Shown: in pieces, positions 58,846-64,000 of the stretch
Layout of the letters: the number at the start of each line of letters is the position of its first letter
How positions within the stretch are numbered: position 1 is the first letter of the stretch
Source of the DNA: Candidatus Nitrospinota bacterium M3_3B_026
GTDB lineage: Bacteria; Nitrospinota_A; UBA7883; JBPRGF01
Direction of reading: 5' to 3'
Length of the DNA: 64,000 nucleotides
Assembly (NCBI GenBank): GCA_051418015.1
Contig: JBPRGF010000003.1
Coordinates: forward strand, 1 to 64,000
Translations under genes and position numbers: made by a program
The notes under the pieces: generated by a model
The model's database searches: none
Told to the model about the DNA's origin: nothing
The model's input: only the letters and a program-made list of their open reading frames with translations

Positions 58846-60269
58846 ACCGCCGCGGCGCGGCGCTGCAGGTCGAAGGTCAGCGTTATCTCGTTGCCCTTCC
58901 CCCCGAACTCCACCTTGCTGGTCAGCGCCTTGATAATCAAAAGCCCCCGCCCGTGGGGCTCCTCGCCCCCCGCCGGGACCGCCTCCCTGGCCCGCCAGTT
59001 GAACCCCGGCCCCTCATCCCGGATGGTGAACCTGGCCTGTTTCCTGTCGAACTCGTAGGTCACCTCCACCTTCCTGGACTTGTAAGGCTCCTGGGTCATC
59101 CGTTGGCGGGCGAGCTCGTTGAACCGCTCGAAGTCCGTCTCCTTCAGCCCAGAGGGCGCCTCCAGGTTGCCGTGGTATATGGCGTTCGCGAGCGCCTCGT
59201 CCAGCGCCAGCTCTATCGACCGTTTTTTCACCGTCTCCGCCGCCGTCTCCACCACCTCGCCGAGGTAGAGCGAGACGGCGGGGATGATGTCCGGGTCGCT
59301 CGGCAGGATGAGCCTGCTTTCACCGCGGTGGACGTAGCGGAACGCCTTCGTCATCAGCTCCGCTTTCTCCGCCTCGTCCACGGCGCTTGAGAGGCGGTCG
59401 ATTATCTGCGACACCTCCGCGGCGTCCTCGAGCCCCATGTCCCGCGCCCTGGCCCGGACGAATTTTCTCACCTCCGCGTTGCGCTCGCGCTCATCCTTCA
59501 GCATCCGCTCCCGTTCGCGCTTGCGTTCGGCCAGCGTCCGGGCCGTCTGAAGCGCCGCGTCCGCGATTATCTTTATCTCTTTCGTCCCGTAATCAGGCAG
59601 GCTGACGTTGAACCTCTCATCGCGGAAGCTGGTTACGACGTCGGCTATCTCCCTCATCGGCCTGGAGACGGTGGTGTAGACCATGACCAGCAGCGCCACG
59701 GCCATCAGGGATATCACCAGCGCCAGCGTGAACACCATCTTCCGGGCGACCTCTTCCGACGCGCGCGCCTGCTCGCTCAGGTCGAAGCTGATGACCGCAA
59801 GGCCGTTGACCACTCCCGGCGGGACGGGTTCTCCGTTCATGCCAAGGTGGCAGCCGCCGCAGCGCTCGTCGGTCACGAAGGGATAGATTATCCTGAGCCT
59901 CGTCTCCGAGTCCCTGGCTTCTATGACATCCCCCGTCCGCAGGGCCAGGCGCTCCAGGTCGTCCTTCGGGTGTTCGTCTCTTTTCATGCCGTGCTGTTTG
60001 ATGACATGCTCGCTTCGCACCATCCTGAAGTCGAAGTTCTGGCCTTTTTTCATGTCGGCGATGACGTTGGCTATCCTGTCGTAATCGCCGGTGCTTATCA
60101 TGGTACCCAGCAGGCCGGAGCGGATGAGGCTTGCTGTCTGGCGGGCGTTTCGCTTGGCGGCGGCGAGGTCTTTTTCCTTGAGCGCGGCGCCCAAAAAAAG
60201 GCTCAACACCATGATCAGCGCCACGGCCGACGCGACGACCATGATGAACATCTTCCACTGAAGTCTCAT
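58842..60269 (-). CDS. Membrane sensor: periplasmic c-heme domain + HAMP + RsbW-like ATPase
   Basis: Two TM helices flanking CGGCH; EALANAIYHGN, IRDEGPGF, GRGL; no obvious HisKA box. Confidence 0.75.
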   Translation of the reverse strand: MRLQWKMFIMVVASAVALIMVLSLFLGAALKEKDLAAAKRNARQTASLIRSGLLGTMISTGDYDRIANVIADMKKGQNFDFRMVRSEHVIKQHGMKRDEHPKDDLERLALRTGDVIEARDSETRLRIIYPFVTDERCGGCHLGMNGEPVPPGVVNGLAVISFDLSEQARASEEVARKMVFTLALVISLMAVALLVMVYTTVSRPMREIADVVTSFRDERFNVSLPDYGTKEIKIIADAALQTARTLAERKRERERMLKDERERNAEVRKFVRARARDMGLEDAAEVSQIIDRLSSAVDEAEKAELMTKAFRYVHRGESRLILPSDPDIIPAVSLYLGEVVETAAETVKKRSIELALDEALANAIYHGNLEAPSGLKETDFERFNELARQRMTQEPYKSRKVEVTYEFDRKQARFTIRDEGPGFNWRAREAVPAGGEEPHGRGLLIIKALTSKVEFGGKGNEITLTFDLQRRAAAV

Positions 60270-60352
60270 ACCATCCCGCTGCGGCGATTCAAGTGAAAGG
60301 ATTATATCCCATGGACCGGCGGCGGAGCGCGTTCACCGTGGTCCGGGTGAAG

Positions 60353-60724
60353 TCACGTCCCCCCCAGCGCCAGCCGCAAGAACGCCTCGATCCTCGCCCG
60401 GGAGGGTCTCCGGCCGCTTTTTATCATCATCGGCCCGCCGTATATCGACCCCCAGCCCGAAAGCTCATCTCCGAAGCGGAATATCACCCTGCGCGACACG
60501 TTCTCCCTCAGCCCGCCGGCGATGGCGGCGGGGGCGCGGTCCGCCGGGGCTGCTACCGCGGCGGCGTGATGGGTCTTCTCCATCGTCAGGCTGTCGAGGG
60601 CAAGGCCCATGCTCTCGGCCTCCTCGCGGAATATCCCAGGAAGCGGCTCTTCCATCCTCTTCGTCATGGGAGGATCCAAAACGATCACGAAGACGATATG
60701 ATACCTGATATCGGATAAAATCAT
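60353..60724 (-). CDS. Degenerate IS200 TnpA (Y1 HUH)-fold protein
   Basis: YHIVF start, THHAAAV at the HUH position, helix RIEAFL at the catalytic-Tyr position. Confidence 0.45.
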   Translation of the reverse strand: MILSDIRYHIVFVIVLDPPMTKRMEEPLPGIFREEAESMGLALDSLTMEKTHHAAAVAAPADRAPAAIAGGLRENVSRRVIFRFGDELSGWGSIYGGPMMIKSGRRPSRARIEAFLRLALGGT

Positions 60725-60954
60725 CCCGTCTTTCCTCCCCGGACGCGCGGCCCGGCGCTGGTTCGAGGATAAACCCGGCGCGGCGCGGGTTCAAGCCCGA
60801 CTCGCGCGGGCCGCCCTTCGGCGGAGTTTACCTTGTCATGCCGGACTGAGTGAAGCATCCCTGACATCCCGGGTCAAGGGCCGTCCGCCGGCGCGCCTTC
60901 CCGCTCCCTCCCCCGTCCAAATCACCGGCCGGGATATGTTATATTGAAAAAATC

Positions 60955-61758
60955 ATGAAAACAGGGACTGTCACGGAAACAAAAGCGGCCAGGGACGCGC
61001 TGGTCATCGCGGGCAGGGAGTTCGGCTCCCGCCTGCTCACGGGGACGGGCAAGTTCCGCTCCCCTGATGACATGGTGAGGGCCATAGAGGCCTCAGGCTC
61101 GGAGGTGGTGACGGTGTCGCTTCGCAGGGTGGACCTCGAAAACCCCGGCGACCACATCATGAGCCACCTGGATCCTGAAAAATACCTGGTGCTGCCGAAC
61201 ACATCCGGGGCCAGGGACGCCGAGGAGGCCGTCCGGCTGGCGAGGCTCGCCCGCGCGGCGGGGGTCTCGGACTGGGTGAAGCTCGAGGTCACGCCCGACC
61301 CGCGCTACCTTCTGCCCGATCCGGCGGAGACGCTGAAAGCGGCCCGGATACTCGTCAAGGAGGGGTTCACGGTTCTGCCCTATATCAACGCCGACCCCAT
61401 CCTGGCCCGGCGGCTGGCCGACGAAGGGACAGCCACGGTCATGCCGCTGGGCTCGCCCATCGGCAGCAACCGGGGGCTTAAGACCCGCGACTCCATCGCC
61501 ATCATCATAGAGCAGGCGACGGTGCCCGTCGTCGTGGACGCGGGGCTCGGCGCGCCCTCCCACGCCTCGGAGGCGATGGAGATGGGGGCGGACGCCGTGT
61601 TGGTCAACACCGCCATAGCCGTCGCGGCCGACCCGGCGGCTATGGGGGCGGCTTTCAGAAAGGGGGTTGAGGCGGGCCGCGAGGCGTACCTTGCCGGGCT
61701 TGGCAAACCCCTGGCCGGGGCGGAAGCGTCGAGCCCCCTGTCCGGCCTGCCCTGGTAG
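60955..61758 (+). CDS. thiG: Thiazole synthase
   Basis: [32 protein letters not shown]. Confidence 0.98.
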   Translation: MKTGTVTETKAARDALVIAGREFGSRLLTGTGKFRSPDDMVRAIEASGSEVVTVSLRRVDLENPGDHIMSHLDPEKYLVLPNTSGARDAEEAVRLARLARAAGVSDWVKLEVTPDPRYLLPDPAETLKAARILVKEGFTVLPYINADPILARRLADEGTATVMPLGSPIGSNRGLKTRDSIAIIIEQATVPVVVDAGLGAPSHASEAMEMGADAVLVNTAIAVAADPAAMGAAFRKGVEAGREAYLAGLGKPLAGAEASSPLSGLPW

Positions 61759-61836
61759 CGCACCACCCCCGAATGTCACGGCGGGACGAGACGTGAATGG
61801 TGTATGATGAACATGTTTAGCGTGGAGAAATGAAAA

Positions 61837-62046
61837 ATGCTTGGAATACGATTGCCCGCTGACATCGAAAAACGGCTGGACGAACTGGCGAAGAAAACGG
61901 GCAGGACAAAAACTTACTACGCGCGCATGGCCATTCTCGAGTATCTGGATGACCTGGAGGAGGGATATCTCGCCCTTGAGCGCCTGAACGACAAGAACGC
62001 GAAATATCTGACCACCGCTGAGATCAAGAGAAATCTTGGCCTTTAA
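61837..62046 (+). CDS. RHH antitoxin (RelB-like)
   Basis: MLGIRLP..IE.RL..LAKKTGRTKTYY.R.AI. Confidence 0.88.
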   Translation: MLGIRLPADIEKRLDELAKKTGRTKTYYARMAILEYLDDLEEGYLALERLNDKNAKYLTTAEIKRNLGL

Positions 62047-62305
62047 ATTGCGGTGGGAAGTGAGGGCCCAGGAAGACTTAAGGGGTCTGGACAAGACCGC
62101 GGCGAGGCGAATAATCAACAAGGTTTCGGGCCACCTTGTGAAGGACCCATTCAACCTGTCGGCGGCTTTAAAAGGCAACCTCCACGGGTTGTACAGATAC
62201 CGCGTGGGTGATTACCGGGTGATTTTCGCCGCCGACCAGTCAGCCCGGACGCTCCAGGTACTCTGGGTAGGGCACAGGAGGAGCATCTACTCATCGCGAA
62301 AATGA
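62036..62305 (+). CDS. relE: RelE/ParE-family toxin
   Basis: LKGNL.GLYRYRVGDYRVI...VGHR..IY. Confidence 0.9.
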   Translation: MAFKLRWEVRAQEDLRGLDKTAARRIINKVSGHLVKDPFNLSAALKGNLHGLYRYRVGDYRVIFAADQSARTLQVLWVGHRRSIYSSRK

Positions 62306-63453
62306 TGAACGCTCTAGAATTTTTCGAGACATGGGAAAGACTTCAGGACGGCGTCCTCGACCGGGCGATCGAGAAGGTCGAGAGCGCCGGCCCTGATGAC
62401 GTCCGGGCGGCCATAGCTTCCGCGCCGGTCTCTTTCGACGGTTTCATGGCTCTGCTCTCGCCGGCCGCGGACGCGGAAAGGGACGCCGTGGAAAAAGCGG
62501 CCCGCGAGTTGACCGGGCAGCGCTTCGGCCGCGTGGTGAACCTTTATATCCCGTTGTACCTCTCCAATCATTGCGTCAACTCCTGCTCCTACTGCGGCTT
62601 CAGCAAAAACCGCGGCGTCCCGCGCAAAACCCTCACCATGGCCGAGGTGGAGCGGGAGGCGGCCCGCCTGCGCGCCGAAGGCTACAGGAGCGTCCTGCTC
62701 GTCGCGGGCGAGGACGGGCGCGAGGTCTCCGTCGCTTTTCTCGGGGAATGCGTGCGGTTGTTGAAGAAGATGGGGTTCGTCTTCGTCGGGATCGAGGTCC
62801 AGCCGCTGTCCGAGGATGAGTACCGCGGCCTCGGCGCCGCGGGGCTGGACGGGGTGACGATATACCAGGAAACCTACGACAGGGACGTCTACGAACGTGT
62901 CCATCCCGCCGGACCGAAACGGGACTTCGCCCGCAGGATGGAGACGGCCGGGCGGGCGGCCCGGGCGGGGATACGGTCCGTGGGCCTCGGCGTCCTTTTG
63001 GGGCTTTCGGACTTCCGCCGCGAGGCGATACTCCTCGCCGCCCATGTCCGCCATATCCAGAAACATTACTGGCAGGCCGCCGTCTCGGTCAGCTTCCCCA
63101 GGCTTCGCGTCGCGCCCCCAGGCTTCAGGGCTCAAAACCCTGTCTCCGATGACGAGCTTTTCAGGATGATCCTGGCCATGAGGCTGGCCAACCCGGACTG
63201 CGCCCTCACCCTCTCCACCCGCGAGGCCCCGGCTTTCCGGGACAGGCTCTTTGGCGCGGGGATAACCCAAGTGAGCGCCGGGTCGAAAACATCACCCGGC
63301 GGCTACGCCATCGCCGCCGAGGACTCCGGCTCCGGCGAGCAGTTCCCGGTCGTGGATGACCGCCCACCGCGTGAGGTGGTGGAGGCTATCCGCGGAAAGG
63401 GGCTGGAATGGGTCTGGAAAGACTGGGACGTGAACCTGAAGCCGGTGTCGTGA
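62302..63453 (+). CDS. thiH: 2-iminoacetate synthase (radical SAM)
   Basis: PLYLSNHCVNSCSYCGF, YQETY, LSTRE, WKDWD. Confidence 0.95.
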   Translation: MMNALEFFETWERLQDGVLDRAIEKVESAGPDDVRAAIASAPVSFDGFMALLSPAADAERDAVEKAARELTGQRFGRVVNLYIPLYLSNHCVNSCSYCGFSKNRGVPRKTLTMAEVEREAARLRAEGYRSVLLVAGEDGREVSVAFLGECVRLLKKMGFVFVGIEVQPLSEDEYRGLGAAGLDGVTIYQETYDRDVYERVHPAGPKRDFARRMETAGRAARAGIRSVGLGVLLGLSDFRREAILLAAHVRHIQKHYWQAAVSVSFPRLRVAPPGFRAQNPVSDDELFRMILAMRLANPDCALTLSTREAPAFRDRLFGAGITQVSAGSKTSPGGYAIAAEDSGSGEQFPVVDDRPPREVVEAIRGKGLEWVWKDWDVNLKPVS

Positions 63454-63478
63454 CGATTTGCGATGCTGGTTGAAGGGC

Positions 63479-63581
63479 TGTCATGCTGAAGCATCCCGCA
63501 ACTTAAATGATGGCGCCCTGAACTCGTTTCAGGGTCTCAGGGCGTTGCAACCCGAGATGCTGAAACAAGTTCAGCATGACA
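63479..63581. repeat. REP-like hairpin, subfamily B
   Basis: 12-bp terminal IR TGTCATGCTGAA / TTCAGCATGACA. Confidence 0.75.
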
Positions 63582-63626
63582 TTATGGGACAAAGACGAGG
63601 CATGACTGGACTTTTTGACGATGACC

Positions 63627-63824
63627 ATGAAAATAATCCTCAACGGAAAAGACGCCGAGGCCCGCGAGGGGGAGACGCTGGCCGAACTCGCCGAGCGGCT
63701 GGGCCTGGCCGGCCCGTTCGCCGCGCAGGTCAACGACGACATCATCCCCCGCGAGAAGCTCCCGGAGGCGACCCTGAAGGAAGGCGACCGGGTTGAGTTT
63801 TTCAGAGTGATGGCGGGGGGATGA
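63627..63824 (+). CDS. thiS: Sulfur carrier ThiS
   Basis: I.LNG...L.EGD.VE...C-terminal AGG. Confidence 0.93.
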   Translation: MKIILNGKDAEAREGETLAELAERLGLAGPFAAQVNDDIIPREKLPEATLKEGDRVEFFRVMAGG

Positions 63825-63880
63825 AAACGCGATAAAATTGTAAAATAAAACTGAAACCGATTTTATCCGGGAATCAAGCG

Positions 63881-64000
63881 ATGAAAATCAAAGTGGTGGT
63901 TCACGAGGCGGACGAGGGCGGCTACTGGGCCGAGGTTCCCGCCTTGCCGGGCTGCGCGACGCAGGGGGAGACTTTCGAGGAGTTGTTGCAAAATCTTTAC
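63881..64000 (+). CDS. hicB: HicB-family antitoxin, runs off the right edge
   Basis: Manual translation MKIKVVVHEADEGGYWAEVPALPGCATQGETFEELLQNL. Confidence 0.85.
   Translation, partial: MKIKVVVHEADEGGYWAEVPALPGCATQGETFEELLQNLY

Noticed and set aside
60725..60954. TPP riboswitch upstream of thiG
   Set aside because: A CTGAG is present but the conserved CCC...GAACCTGA...GCGTAGG elements were not found

Overview
The window has two parts. Positions 1-26194 appear to be one end of an integrative mobile/defence island inserted at the 3' end of a tRNA-Lys(CTT) gene (26195-26270, minus strand); no integrase or second att copy is visible, so they probably lie left of the window. The island carries a divergent HTH pair, a WYL regulator with two palindromic operators and a divergent lipoprotein, a DUF262/HNH (GmrSD-like) nuclease, stacked gene remnants including an IS21 end, and a type I R-M system with an embedded PrrC-like anticodon nuclease. 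It also carries a four-gene MBL / E2-E1-JAB / membrane protein / MBL ubiquitin-like conjugation operon, a Fic protein, and a compact mobilisation operon (ssb, truncated NusA paralogue, T4CP without TM segments, N-terminally anchored HD relaxase, membrane proteins). Positions 26271-64000 are GC-rich core chromosome of a flagellated, hydrogenase-maturing Gram-negative bacterium: argG, comF, bamD, two-subunit fumarase, polX, nth, flgM, trpF, coaX, birA, a tetraheme c554-like cytochrome, ruvB, smpB, hisAFE, hypABFCDE and thiGHS. This part contains many TGTCA...TGACA REP-like hairpins, some nested in MITE-like terminal inverted repeats. All functional calls come from motifs recognised by eye; no database searches were run.
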